In this document: positions 35,966 through 48,124 of the stretch, in pieces | Position numbering within the stretch: the first letter of the stretch is position 1 | Layout: every line of letters begins with the position of its first letter | NCBI RefSeq assembly: GCF_035084215.1 | Contig: NC_090328.1 | Coordinates: 138,012,001 to 138,076,000 of the forward strand | Length of the DNA: 64,000 nucleotides | DNA from: Heptranchias perlo | Lineage: Eukaryota | Direction: 5' to 3' | Position numbers and translations under genes: made by a program | The notes under the pieces: model-generated | The model's database searches: none | Told to the model about the DNA's origin: nothing | Seen by the model: only the letters and a program-made list of their open reading frames with translations

Positions 35966-36399
35966 TCCCCGGCCTTGCCAGGTCTTCCCCACATTACTGC
36001 TCTCCCCCGCACCCTCCCCACCTCCCCGTACACATCAGGACAATAAAGTACAAAAGCAAGGAAGTTATGCTAAACCTTTATAAATCACTGGAGTATTGTG
36101 TGCAATTCTGGGCATCACACTTTAGGAAGGATGTCAAGGCCTTAGAGAGGATGCAGAAGAGATTTACCAGAATGGTACCAGGGATGAGGGACTTCAGTTA
36201 CGTGGATAGACTAGAGATGTGGGATTGTTCTCCTTAGAGCAGAGAATGTAAGGGGAGATTTGATAGAGGTGTTTAAAATCATGAAGGGTTTTGATCGAGT
36301 AAATAAGGAGAAACTGCTTCCAGCGGCGGAAAGGTCAGTCACCAGAGGACACAGATTTAAGGTAATTGGCAAAAAAAACAGAGGCTACATAGGTCTGAA

Positions 36400-37428
36400 A
36401 AATTAACGCTCTCAACCTGCTCTGCTGGATCGCTGGCCTCACCATCTCCAATGCTGAGGGAGCTTGGGATCTCTAATGCCTCCTCCTCTGCCAGGGAAAC
36501 TTCTACTAATCCATGTGGCCTTGTCCCTAGCATTCTGCGCTTTCTTCTCTTGCAAGGGTGGAATGACATACCCATGAGTGGCTCTGAGGACTGTCTACAT
36601 CTGATGGATGCAACACAAATGGCGAAGGTGAGCATCAGGCACCTTTGAGGATTGTGGTTATGGTGCCATTTCAGGATGTGTGATGAGAGTGGATGGAGGT
36701 GAATGAGGTCGTATGAGATGAGAATTGCACTTACAGGAGGGAGGAAATGGGAGTTGAACATGTGACGGGAGTGAGGATGAGAGGAGGTGCTTCGAGCCGG
36801 TCCAATTGGTCCTGATAGTGATATGGAAGTGAGGAGTGCTGTGAATGGAGTAGGATTGACAAGACAAGGTGAGAGGGGGTGCACTGCAGGAATTGGGTGA
36901 ATATAGCCATATTCTCACCTTTCCTGACCTAGTCAGGTCATTGAACCATTTGCACCATTGAATCCAAGACCTCAGGGTCACACGCCTGCTGCTCACTTAT
37001 TCTACCACATTCACCCAAGCCTTCTTCATGGTGAGGGCAGGTTTCTTTTTCCAGTTGCGGGAAACAGCACCTCCTTCCTGACCCTTATTGCACTCAACAG
37101 AATATCCAGAGAAGCATCGGTGAATCAAGGGCAGCCTTTCCTCTTGTTGTAGCCAACTCTCACTTCCTGGTTCGTCACTCACAGTCAAATGCTCCAAACC
37201 TCCTCCTCCTCCATTTGATTCCCGCACTGGCCCTTTAAATAGGCGCTGGGAAATTGTGCCATGCGGGTGGACATCACACCCTCTGATGCGTGGTACAGCC
37301 TCGTTTTATTGAAGCAACGCTTGGCCCTTAAAATCGGCCAGGCATCGCCCTCTCGCGATGTTGTGCTTCCCTCGTCCATCACCACATCCCCACATTCCGT
37401 TCCAGTCTCCGCCGTTAATATCGGGGAC
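36400..37428 (-). mobile_element. Harbinger-derived fragment with a Myb/SANT exon remnant and one terminus
   Basis: LRSWIQWCKWFNDLTRSGK|V is homologous to the Myb end at 28340-28385; TATTTAAAGGG upstream on the minus strand. Confidence 0.65.
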
Positions 37429-37733
37429 AATATAGGCTTTGTTTCAAAGTGCACGTATGGCATTCTCCATGTGATTCCACTGCCTTGGTAGATTGGGAGT
37501 GGGAGGATGCTGCGATGCAGTAATTTCCGTTAAATCTGGTGCAGTTTAGGTTAGAATTATCAGCAATTGAAATGTAACTAGATTATGTGAGATGTTATAA
37601 TAACTAGCTGATTTTGTTGTTTTCTTAGATTCCACCTAATTTATTCTTGGCTTAAGTTTTTTTAAAATAAATTTTGCAGACATAAATGCTTAGAGTTCAT
37701 ATTTGTCTGAACCATGCATTATTCTGGCATGAT

Positions 37734-38031
37734 AGGGCGAAATTGAGCCGTGAAGCGCCAGTTCCGTAGGCGCCATGTGGACGCCTAAACCACAAAAACG
37801 GCGTCCCAGATACGCGCGTGCACACTTCCAGTGTGATGTGCACAGGACGCCATCTTGGTTACATGCCGGCAACATGTAGAGTAGGGAGGTTATGATGTTA
37901 ATCAGTGTGCAACGCTGATTTAATGGGACTGCGCTATTTTGGAACGCTACGTTCAGCTGAACAGGTCTTAAACGGCATGGAGGACCCCCCACCTGCACTA
38001 TTTAAAAGGATCATGCAGGAGTTACTGGTTA
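37734..38031 (+). mobile_element. CpG-rich terminal fragment of a Harbinger-like element
   Basis: Begins GGGCGAAATTG and contains CTATTTAAAAGG like the other copies; truncated by a CR1. Confidence 0.4.
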
Positions 38032-39258
38032 GTTATAGAATCATAGAATCATAAAAGGTTACACCATGGATGGAGGCCATTTGGCCCATCGAGTCCACAT
38101 CGGCTCTATGCACGAGCAATCCAGCTAGTCCCACTGCCCTGCCCTATCCCCGTAGCCCTGCACATTTTTTCGTTTCAAGTACTTATCCAGTTCCCTTTTG
38201 AAGGCCATGGTTTAATCTGCTTCCACCACCCCCTCGGGCAGTACATTCCAGATCATAACCACTCGCTGTGTAAAAAGGTTTTCCCTCATGTCACCTTTGA
38301 TTCTTTTGCCAATCACCTTAAATCTATGTCCTCTGGTTCTTGATCCTCCTGCCAAAGGAAACAATTTCTCTCTATCTACTCTGTCTAGACCCTTCATGAT
38401 TTTGAATACCTCTATCAAATCTCCTCTCAACCGTCTCTGTTCCAAGGAGAACAACCCCAGCTTCTCCAGTCTAGCCACATAATTTAAGTCCCTCATCCCT
38501 GGAATCATTCTAGTAAATCTCCTCTGCATCCTCTCTAAGGTCTTCACATCCTTCCTAAAGTGTGGTGCCCAGAACTGTACACAATACTCCAGTTGTGGCC
38601 GAACCAGTGTTTTATAAAGGTTCATCATGACTTCCGTACTTTTGTACTATAAAGCCCAGGACCCCGAATGCTTTTTTAACCGCTTTCTCAATCTGCCCTG
38701 CCACCTTCAATGATTTGTGCACGTATACCCCCAGATCTCTCTGTTTCTCTACCCCTTTTAGAATTGTGCCCTCTAGTTTATATTGCCTCTCCTCATTTTT
38801 CCTACCGAAATGCATCACCTTGCATTTTTCTGCGTTAAACTTCATCTGCCACCTGTCCGCCCAGGCTACCAGCGCGTCTATATCCTCTTGAAGTCTATCA
38901 CTATCCTCCTCACTGTTCACTACCCTTCCAAGTTTTATGTCATCTGCAAATTTGGAAATTGTGCCCTGTACTCCCAAGTCCAAGTCATTAATATATATCA
39001 AGAAAAGCAGTGGTCCTAGCACCGACCCCTGGGGAACACCACTGTACACCTCCCTCCAGTCCAAAAAACAACTGTCCATCACTACTCTGTGTTTCCAGTC
39101 ATTTATCCAATTCTGTATCCATGTTGCTATTGTCCCCTTTATTCCATGGGCCTCAATCTTAATAGCAAGCCTACCATGTGGTACTTTATCAAACACTTTT
39201 TGAAAATCCATATACATCACATCAACTGCATTGCCCTCATCTACCCTCTCTGTTACCT
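38032..39258 (-). mobile_element. CR1 LINE (RT to 3' tail)
   Basis: ORFs 38612-39220 and 38212-38628; tail ATAGAATCATAGAATCATA. Confidence 0.92.
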
Positions 39259-39319
39259 CTGTTGCTGGATTATTTCTTCTGGCTGCATTTGTACCTGTTT
39301 TTGGAGGTTTCCTATACTT

Positions 39320-40518
39320 GAATAAAGTTGCAATACTCTACATGGAATAGGCTGGCTGACTGACAAGCCAGGGCAAGGGCACTGGCGGAGTGGCATGAGT
39401 GGGACAGGAATGCTGTCATCCTGAGATAGCACAGCAGGCTCATGTTCCATGGAGCCACTGCCACTTGATGCCTCCTGTTAATTGCAGTGTCCTGCAAGAT
39501 ATTTGAATGATGCGGCTGTCATGGTTGAATAGCTGCCAGTGTGTGTGACCTGTGAGTTGTGGGTGTGCGGCTTGCAATAGTGGTAATGTGTGAGGGTGAG
39601 ATGAAGCATCTGATTGGAAGAGGTGCAAGTACTGATTGAAAGAGTTTGTTGGTATGCGGGTGATGGGGGTGTAGTGTGTGGTGCAGTTGGTGGGAGACGC
39701 CACTTGACAGTTGACCTCACTCACCTTGACCACTCGTGTCAATTCATTGAACTTCTTCCTGCACTGCATCCATGTTCATGGTGCTAGGCTCCTGGCATTG
39801 ACTTCGTCCCCCGTTGCCTCCCGCCCCCTCTTGGACATATATCTGAAGGACCTCGTGCCCCCCTGTGGATATAGGATGCCCCTCCGTCTGTCCCCCTCTT
39901 CCACTAAGGCCTCTAATGTATCATCAGAGAACCTTGGTGCACACTCTCTCACAGGCCCGGTACAAACTCAGATTGGCAGAGTGGCAGGATCTGGAATGCA
40001 AATTGGAGGATGTGAGATGTAGTTTAGAGAAACCTTTATTCAATATTTTAAAATGCAACAACAGTTTTTAAACATAAAGATAAGACCTGCATCTGTGTTT
40101 TACTTGTGCAATTTCTGACATCCGTGCAGACCCATATCTTATATTTTGAAAATGTAAGAGTCCCGCAAACTTTGAGCTGCCAAGTCGTTGCTCATTAAAA
40201 ATTCCAGAGTTCACCATGCTTCACTATAGTCACAGGTTCACTTCACCATTGACTTCCACCACTTCCTGCAGACACACTGCACCTCCCCTTTAAGAGATGT
40301 CGGCTGCCTTTAAGTGGTGCTAGCCACTCCCGATATCGGGCGCCCCTGCTGGTGAGCAGCCACTCAACAGCGCAGGTAGGCCTGGCTGCATGCAGCAATC
40401 ATTGAAATCACCAGGCAGCACAAATGTTACATGCTGCCTGTATCGCTATGACCAGGGGCAGGTTAATCGCACACCGCCATCCCAGCACTTATTTTCGGGG
40501 GTTAACCAATTTAACCGC
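39320..40518 (-). mobile_element. Harbinger-derived fragment with a Myb/SANT remnant
   Basis: WMQCRKKFNELTRVVK|gtgagt, the same exon end as in the other Myb remnants. Confidence 0.65.
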
Positions 40519-41156
40519 TGATATGTTTTTGTTCTACCCCTAAGAGTAACTTAAGTTTTATGTAATTCCAATTAACGTCTGTAGGGATGATACATTCCCC
40601 AATAAAAGTGCACAAAGGGCAGTCAATTTTGCTGTGCGATTGCTATAGGAGTCGATTGTGGCAATATGCTATAGAAAACAGAAGAAAAGCCTTGAAAAAA
40701 AAAATTATTGGGTCAACAACATGCTTACTTTCTTTAGGGTAATCTTCTGGATGAGTTGTTGAATAAATCTCACTGCTGTTAAAGATAGCTTATTTTATGG
40801 CTGCTAGAAAAATGTCTCTCCAATTATGAGGGGCTGGTCCAGGCCCAAGAGTTCCAGGAATCACATGCAGAAAGGTTAATCAGGTCACAATGGCTTGTTT
40901 CCATATATTAGAATGAATTTATCTCTCCTTCCTGAGAAGGTTCATCTAGGGCAGGATCATGAGCCAGGATGTCAACATATAGCAAAAGTCAATGTTCAAC
41001 TAGCAAAGTCAGCATGAAATTCATGGAATGACATCAAAAAGATTTCACCAGTGTCCACTGTGTCAGATATAAAGTTCTATAAAAATGCTTGAAAAAAATA
41101 TTGAAAAATGTGCCGCTGTCCCCCATAAATAAACAATGGGTCAGATAAGAAGTCAG

Positions 41157-41260
41157 CAGAGTTCTGGTGAAAGGTCGTCGACCTGAAAGGTTAACTCTGT
41201 TTCTCTCTCCACAGATGCTGCCTGACTTGCTGAGCTTCTCCAGCATTTTCTGTTTTTATT
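41157..41260 (+). mobile_element. Penelope-like terminal fragment with a mutated hammerhead motif
   Basis: CAGAGTT-CTGGTGA-A-AGGTC-GTC-GACCT-GAAA-GGTT-AACTCTG; downstream sequence nearly identical to 32910-32977. Confidence 0.7.
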
Positions 41261-41280
41261 ACAGCAGAGTAATACAGTAG

Positions 41281-41922
41281 GAACATAGTAACAGGAGTAG
41301 GTCATGCAGCCCCTCAACCTATTCAATTAGATCATGACAAATCTGTGCTTCAACTTCATTCACCCGCCTTTGATCCATATCCCTGGATATCCACAGCCTT
41401 TTGGGGGAGAGAGTTCCAAATTCCCACTATCCTTTCTGTGAAAAAGTGCTTCTAAACTCAAGGGAATACAAGCCAAGTTTATGTCTCATAATTTAACCCT
41501 TTAAGCCCTGGTATCATTCTGGTGAATCTGTGCTGAGGTTTGGTGCCCAAAATTGAGTTCAGTACTCCAGATGGGGTCTTACTAAAACTCTGCATAACTG
41601 AAGCATAATCTCTTCCCCTTTGAATTCCAGCCCCCTTGAGATAAAGGCCAACATTCCATTAGCGTTTTTGATTACTTTTTGTACCTGTGCACCAGCTTTA
41701 ATGATTTGTGTACCTGGACATCCAAATCCCTTTGCTCCTCCATAGTTCCTAGTCTCTCACCATTAAGAAAATAATTACTTTCTCAGATCCAAAGTGGATG
41801 ACCTCACACTTTACCACACTGAACTCCATCTGCCACAGTTTTGCCCACTTACTTAATCTGTCTATGCCCCTTTGTAATTTTCTGCTTCCATCTACACAAC
41901 TTAATATGCTTCCTAATTTAGT
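41281..41922 (-). mobile_element. Decayed CR1 3' fragment
   Basis: 3' UTR starts AACATAG...GGAGTAGG; deleted ORF2 C-terminus. Confidence 0.8.
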
Positions 41923-42000
41923 GCATCACTGGTTAGGTACTCGATCTGATGATAGTTTCAAGCTCCTTAATGGACCTTTTCTTGGAAGAGGAGAAGGATC

Positions 42001-43820
42001 CAAAGAGCTTCTACAAATACATAAAGGGCAGAAGAGTAACTAGGGAGAGAGTAGGGCCTCTTAAGGATCAACAAGGTCATCTATGTGCGGAACCACAAGA
42101 GATGGGTGAGATCCTGAATGAATATTTCACATCGGTATTTACGGGATGTTAGGGAACTTGGGGAAATAAATAGTGATGTCTTGAGGAGTGTACATATTAC
42201 AGAGAGGGAGGTGCTGGAAGTCTTAATGCGCATCAAGGTAGATAAATCTCCGGGACCTGATGAAATGTATCCCAGGAAGTTATGGGAGGTTAGGGGGGAA
42301 ATTGCGGGTCCCCGAGCAGAGATATTTGAATCATCCACCGCGACAGGTGAGGTGCCTGAATATTGGAGGGTAGCAAATGTTGTGCCTTTGTTTAAGAAGG
42401 GCGGCAGGGAAAAGCCTGGGAACTACAGACCGGTGAGCCTGACATCTGTAGTGGGCAAGTTGTTAGAGGGTATTCTGAGGGACAAGATCTACAGGCATTT
42501 GGAGAGGCAGGGACTAATTAGGAACAGTCAGCATGGTTTTGTGAGAGGAAAATCATGTCTCACAAATTTGATTGAGTTTTTTGAAGGGGTAACCAAGAAG
42601 ATAGATGAGGGCTGTGCAGTGGACGTGGTCGACATGGACTTCAGCAAAGCCTTTGACAAGGTACCGCATGGTAGGTTGTTGCATAAGGTTAAATCTCATG
42701 GGATCCAAGGTGAGGTAGCCAATTGGATACAAAATTGGCTTGACGACAGAAGACAGAGGGTGGTTGTAGAGGGTTGTTTTTCAAACTGGAGGCCTGTGTC
42801 CAGCGGTGTGCCTCAGGGATCGGTGCTGGGTCCGCTGTTATTTGTTATTTATATTAATGATTTGGATGAGAATTTAGGAGGCATGGTTAGTAAGTTTGCA
42901 GATGACACCAAGATTGGTGGCATTGTGGACAGTGAAGAAGGTTATCTAGGATTACAACGGGATCTTGATAAATTGGGTCAGTGGGCCGATGAATGGCAGA
43001 TGGAGTTTAACTTAGATAAATGTGAGGTGATGCATTTTGGGAGATCGAATCGGGCCAGGACCTACTCCGTTAATGGTAGGGCGTTGGGGAGAGTTATAGA
43101 ACAAAGAGATCTGGGAGTACAGATTCATAGCTCCTTGAAAGTGGAGTCACAGGTGGATAGGGTGGTGAAGAAGGCATTCGGCATGCTTGGTTTCATTGGT
43201 CAGAACATTGAATGCAGGAGTTGGGATGTCTTGTTGAAGTTGTACAGGGCATTGGTGAGGCCACACTTGGAGTACTGTGTACAGTTCTGGTCACCCTATT
43301 ATCGAAAGGATATTATTAAACTAGAAAGAGTGCAGAAAAGATTTACTAGGATGCTACCGGGACTTGATGGTTTGACTTATAGTGAGAGGTTAGACAGACT
43401 GGGACTTTTTTCCCTGGAGAGTAGGAGGTTTAGGGGTGATCTTATAGAAGTCGATAAAATAATGAGGGGCATAGATAAGGTAGATAGTCAAAATCTTTTC
43501 CCAAAGGTAGGGGAGTCTATAACGAGGGGGCATAGATTTAAGGTGAGAGGGGAGAGATACAAAAGGGTCCAGAGGGGAAATTTTTTCACTCAAAGGGTGG
43601 TGAGTGTCTGGAACGAGCTGCCAGAGGCAGTAGTAGAGGCGGGTACAATTTTGTCTTTTAAAAAGCATTTGGACAGTTACATGGGTAAGATGGGTATAGA
43701 GGGATATGGGCCAAGTGCAGGCAATTGGGACTAGCTTAGTGGTATAAACGGGGCGACAGGGACATGTTGGGCCGAAGGGCCTGTTTCCATGTTGTAACTT
43801 CTATGATTCTATGATTCTAT
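42001..43820 (+). mobile_element. Young 5'-truncated CR1 LINE with a 5-bp TSD
   Basis: GGATC at 41996-42000 and 43821-43825; tail (ATTCTATG)n. Confidence 0.95.
42118..43734 (+). pseudogene. Uninterrupted 538-aa CR1 ORF2 segment (full RT domain and C-terminus, no endonuclease)
   Basis: [49 protein letters not shown] and YCVQFWSP all in one frame; the first residues are out of frame because of a deletion. Confidence 0.9.
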
Positions 43821-44029
43821 GGATCTTTGACAAAATAGTGAGATTTCATTCAACATTCTACAGATCATTTTACAAACAATTTATACACTCAAAGGCTCAA
43901 GCACTCAAAATGAAAATGTATTTTACTTCTTCATTTTACAGTAAGGCCTTTTGTTATGTCTGTTTGCTCTATTACAGGTTTCTATGTAATCTAGGACACA
44001 ATACTGAACAAGAATACATACAAATTATC

Positions 44030-44530
44030 AACAACAACAACTAACAATAATTTGTATTTATATAACGGCTATAACATAAAATAATCCTAAGGTACTTTAC
44101 GAATAGGTTTAAGGAAAATGGATGTTGAGCCAAGAAGGGACAGTTTAAGAGGAGTGGCCGAAAGAGGTTTGTTTTGAGACGGTTTTAAAAGGAGAGAGAG
44201 AGGTGGAGACGGTTAGAGGTTTCGCTAAAGACCCTGCCATCAATGGTGGGGCAAAGGGAAAGGGGTGAAAAAAAGGCTGGAGTCAGAGAATTTAGTGTTG
44301 GGGGATATAGTCTGGAACAGATCGCAGTGATAGGGCAGGGCGGAGTCATGGAGGGATTTTAAAGGCAAGAGCAAAGATTTTAAATTTAATGCTTTGGACA
44401 GCAAGGATGGGAGGAATGGATGATTGGAACTAAGTGCAGGGCAGGATACGTTTGGCAGAGTTCTCAAGAAGGTAAAGCTTTTGGAGTGTGGAGGATGGGA
44501 AGCAAGAAGCCAGAAGAAGAGCATTGGGGT
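44030..44530 (-). mobile_element. Old L2-like 3' fragment
   Basis: (AAC)n tail; FK-x-LL...KSLH-like remnants; similar to 18083-18395. Confidence 0.55.
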
Positions 44531-44539
44531 AGTCGAGCC

Positions 44540-47500
44540 TGGTCATACATTCCAGGAGGTGGTCACTCCGCAGCCACAGAGAGTTCAGGATAGCAAGTGG
44601 GTGGCCATCGGAAAGGGTAGAAAGAGGTGCAGAAGAGGCAGGCAGTGCAGGAATCCTCTGGGTGTGTGGCCACTCTCAAACCAGTATTCAGCACTGCAGG
44701 AGTGCAGTCCTGAGCATGGCCCCATGGGTGAAGTGTAGAAATGCAGTAGTCATGGGGGATTCGATAGTCAGGGGGACAGACAGGTGATTCTGTGACCGCC
44801 GCGTGAGTCCCGCATGGTGTGTTGCCTCCCTGGTGCCAGGGTAAAGGAGATCACGGAGAGGGTGTGGAACATTCTGCAGGGGGAAGGGGAACAGACAGAG
44901 TCATGGTCCATGTGGTACCAACGATATAGGAAACAAAAGGGATGAGGTCCTGCAGTCAGAGTTTCAGGAGCTAGGGAGGAATTTAAAAGGCAGGAACTCA
45001 AAGGTAGTAATCTCTGGATTACTCCCAGTGCCACGCGCTAGTGAGTACAGAAATAGGAAGATAAGGCAGGTTAATGCATGGCTAGCGACATGGTGCAAAA
45101 GGGAGGGCTTTGGATTCTTGGGACATTGGGACCAGTTCTGGGGCAGGAGCGACCTGTTCAAGATGGACGGGTTGTACCTTAACAGAGCTGGGACCAATGT
45201 CCTCGTGGGGAAGTTCATTAGTGCTGTGGGGAAGGATTTAAACTAATTTGGCAGGGGGATGGGCACCAGGATGTGGCATTGGAAAGGAGAAACAAGGTGC
45301 TTCAAGGATTGGAAGAGACAAATAGCACTAGAGTAAGAAATAGTGTGGTATTAGACTTAGAGAGAATACAAGAAGGTCTAAGATAGGATTACAGTGCATG
45401 TGTGCAAATGCACAAAGTGTGGTAAACAAGGTTGGTGAGCTGCAGGCGCAAATAGCCACATGGGAATATTGTGTCATGGTGATAACAGAGACCTGGCTCA
45501 AAAAAGGGCAGGATTGGGTACTAAATATTCCTGGATACAAGGTTCAGGAAAGGTAGGGAAGGAAAGAAAGGAGGGGAGGTGGGTGACAGTATTGATTAAG
45601 GAGAATATTGCAGTGCTGGAGAGAGAGGATGTCCTGGAGGGGTCAAGGACAGAATCTATTTGGTCATAATATGAGTGAGAAGCTGGCTGAATATAGAAAG
45701 TACAGAGGAGGAGAGAAAAAGGAAATAAGAGGGACAAAGAGAGAGTATAATAGACTGGAGGCTAATGTAAAAGGGAATCCAAAAGTTTTCTATAGGTATA
45801 TAAATAGTAAACAGGTAGTAAGAGGAAGGGTGTGGCCAATTAGGGACCAAAAAGGAGATCTCTGCATGGAGGCAGAGGGCATGGCTGAGGTACTAAATGA
45901 ATACTTTGCATCTGTCTTTACCAAGGAAGAAGATGTTGCCAAAGTCACAGTAAAAGAGGAGATAGTTGAGATACTGGATAGACTAAAAATTGATAAAGAG
46001 GAGGTACTAGAAAGGCTGGCTAGATAAGTCACTCGGTCCGGATGGGATGCATCCTAGGTTACTGAGGGAAGTAAGGGTGGAAATTGCAGAGGTGCTGGCC
46101 ATAATCTTCCAATCCTCCTTAGATATAGGAGTGGTGCCAGAGGACTGGAGAATTGCAAATGTTACACGTGTTCAAAAAAGGGGAAGGATAAACCTGGCAA
46201 CTACAGGCCAGTCAGTTTAACCTCAGTGGTGGGAAAACTTTTAGAAACGATAATCCGGGACAAAATTAATAGTCACTTGGACAAGTGTGGATTAATAAAG
46301 TCAGCACAGATTTGTTGAAGGCAAATCGTGTTTAACTAACTTGATTGAGTTTTTTGATGAGGTAACGGAGAGGGTTGTTGAGGGCAATGCAGTTGATGTT
46401 GTGTATATGAACTTTCAAAAGACGTTTGGTAAAGTGCCGCATAATAGGCTTGTCATCAAAATTGAACCCCTGGAATAAAAGGGGCAGTGGAAGCATGGAT
46501 ACGAAATTGGCTAAGTGACAGGAAACAGAGAGTAGTGGTGAACGGTTGTTTTTCAGACTAGAGGGAGGTGTACAGTGGTGTTCCCCAGGGGTCGGTGCTG
46601 GGACCACTGCTTTTCTTGATATGAATTAATGACTTGGACTTGGGTGTACAGGGCACAATTTCAAAATTTGCGGATGACACTAAACTTGGAAGTGTAGTAA
46701 ACAGTGAGGAGGATAGTGATAGACTTCAAGAGCATATAGACAGGCTGGTGGAATGGACGGACACGTGGCAGATGAAATTTAAGGCAGAGAAGTGCGAAGT
46801 GATACATTTTGGTCGGAAGAACGAAGAGGGGCAATATAAACTAAAGAGTACAATTCCAAAGTGGGTGCAGGAACATAAAGACCTGGGGGGATATGTGCAT
46901 AGGTGGCAGGGCAGGTTGAGAAAGCGATTAAAAAGGGATCCTGGGCTTTATAAATAGAGGCACAGAGTACAAAAGCAAGGAAGTTATGTTGAACCTTTAT
47001 AAAACACTGGTTCGCCCACAACTGGAGTATTGTCATAGAGAGTCATAGAGTCATAGAATTATACAGCACGGATAGAGGCCCTTCGGCCCATCGTGTCCGT
47101 GCCGGCCATCAGCCCTGTCTACTCTAATCCCATATTCCAGCATTTATTGTGTTCAAATACGGGCACTGCACTTTAGGAAGGATGTGAAGGCCTTAGAGAA
47201 GGTGCAAAAAATATTTACTAGAATGGTTCCAGGGATGAGGGACTTCAGTTACATATGCAGACTGGAGAAGCTGGGGTTGTTCTCCTTAGAGCAGAGAAGG
47301 TTGAGAGGAGATTTGACAGAGGTGTCCAAAATCATGAGGGGTCTAGGCAGAATAGATAGAGAGAAACTGTTCCCATTGATGGAAGGTTCGAGAACCAGAG
47401 GGCACAGAATTAAGGTGATTGGCAAAAGAACCAAAGGTGACATGAGGAAAAACTTTTTACGCAGCGAGTGGTTATGATCTGGAATGCGCTGCTTGAAAGG

Positions 47501-47696
47501 GTGGTGGAGGCAGATTCAATCGTGGCTTTCAAAAGGGAATTTGATAAGTACTTGAAGGGAAAAGATTTGCAGGGCTATGGGGAAAGAGCGGGGGAGTGGG
47601 ACTAACTGGATTGGTCTTGCAGAGAACCAGCACAGGCTCGACGGGCCAAATGACCTCCTTCTGTGCTGTAACCATTGTTTGATTCTATGATTCTAT
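44540..47696 (+). mobile_element. Near-full-length decayed CR1: ORF1 SGNH esterase region (about 44740-45246), ORF2 with an internal deletion, and 3' tail
   Basis: MGDSIVRG, CCLPGARVK and VNAWL...GFGFLGHW...DGLYLNRAGT (ORF1); then EN start, RT motifs and ATTCTATGATTCTAT. Confidence 0.9.
47034..47144 (-). mobile_element. 111-bp CR1 3' end inserted antisense, with a 6-bp TSD
   Basis: TATTGT at 47028-47033 and 47145-47150; tail GTCATAGAGTCATAGA. Confidence 0.85.
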
Positions 47697-47934
47697 CATA
47701 GTAGGTACAGCACAGGAGAAGGTCATTCGGCCCATCGTGCCTGTGCCGGCTCTTTGAAAGAGCTATCCAATTAGTCCCATTCCCCGGCTCTTTCCTCATA
47801 GCCCTGTAAATTTTTCCTTTTCAACTATTTATCCAATTCCCTTTTGAAATTTATTATTGAATCTGCTCCCACCACCCTTTCAGGCAGCGCATTCCAGATC
47901 ATTACAACTCGCTGTGTAAAAAAATGTTTCCTCA
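47697..47934 (-). mobile_element. CR1 3' end, tail-to-tail with the preceding copy
   Basis: Homologous to 51242-51480 and to the reverse complement of 47445-47690. Confidence 0.88.
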
Positions 47935-48124
47935 AGGTTATTTAACACCCCCTACCCCCATACTGAATTACCAAGATTGATCGGCAGTATCAGTTGTGCA
48001 TGTGCACATAAACAGCATCATATTGTTGAGATGGGATATAACTTCTCTTACACATATGTATACAGATGAAAGAGAACTTTGTACAAGTGAGTTCTTTTAG
48101 GTTGGCCTCACAAGCATGCTAATT

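Larger units (their letters stand above)
34400..36041. mobile_element. Non-autonomous TIR-type element (Harbinger-like) carrying a minisatellite and a nested LINE
   Basis: Interrupts the CR1. Left end GGCCTTGATATTAA resembles the terminus at 37415-37428 (reverse complement GTCCCCGATATTAA); the right end is only weakly complementary. Confidence 0.55.
34030..36385 (+). mobile_element. CR1 fragment split into 34030-34396 and 36045-36385 by a compound insertion
   Basis: KFADDTK...AYGILGFINRG breaks off, then resumes as KYKSKEVMLNLYK. Confidence 0.85.

Noticed and set aside
42118-43734. 538-aa RT ORF as a domesticated gene or novel RT system
   Set aside because: It has a TSD, a CR1 tail and a near-identical sibling, so it is an ordinary young 5'-truncated LINE.
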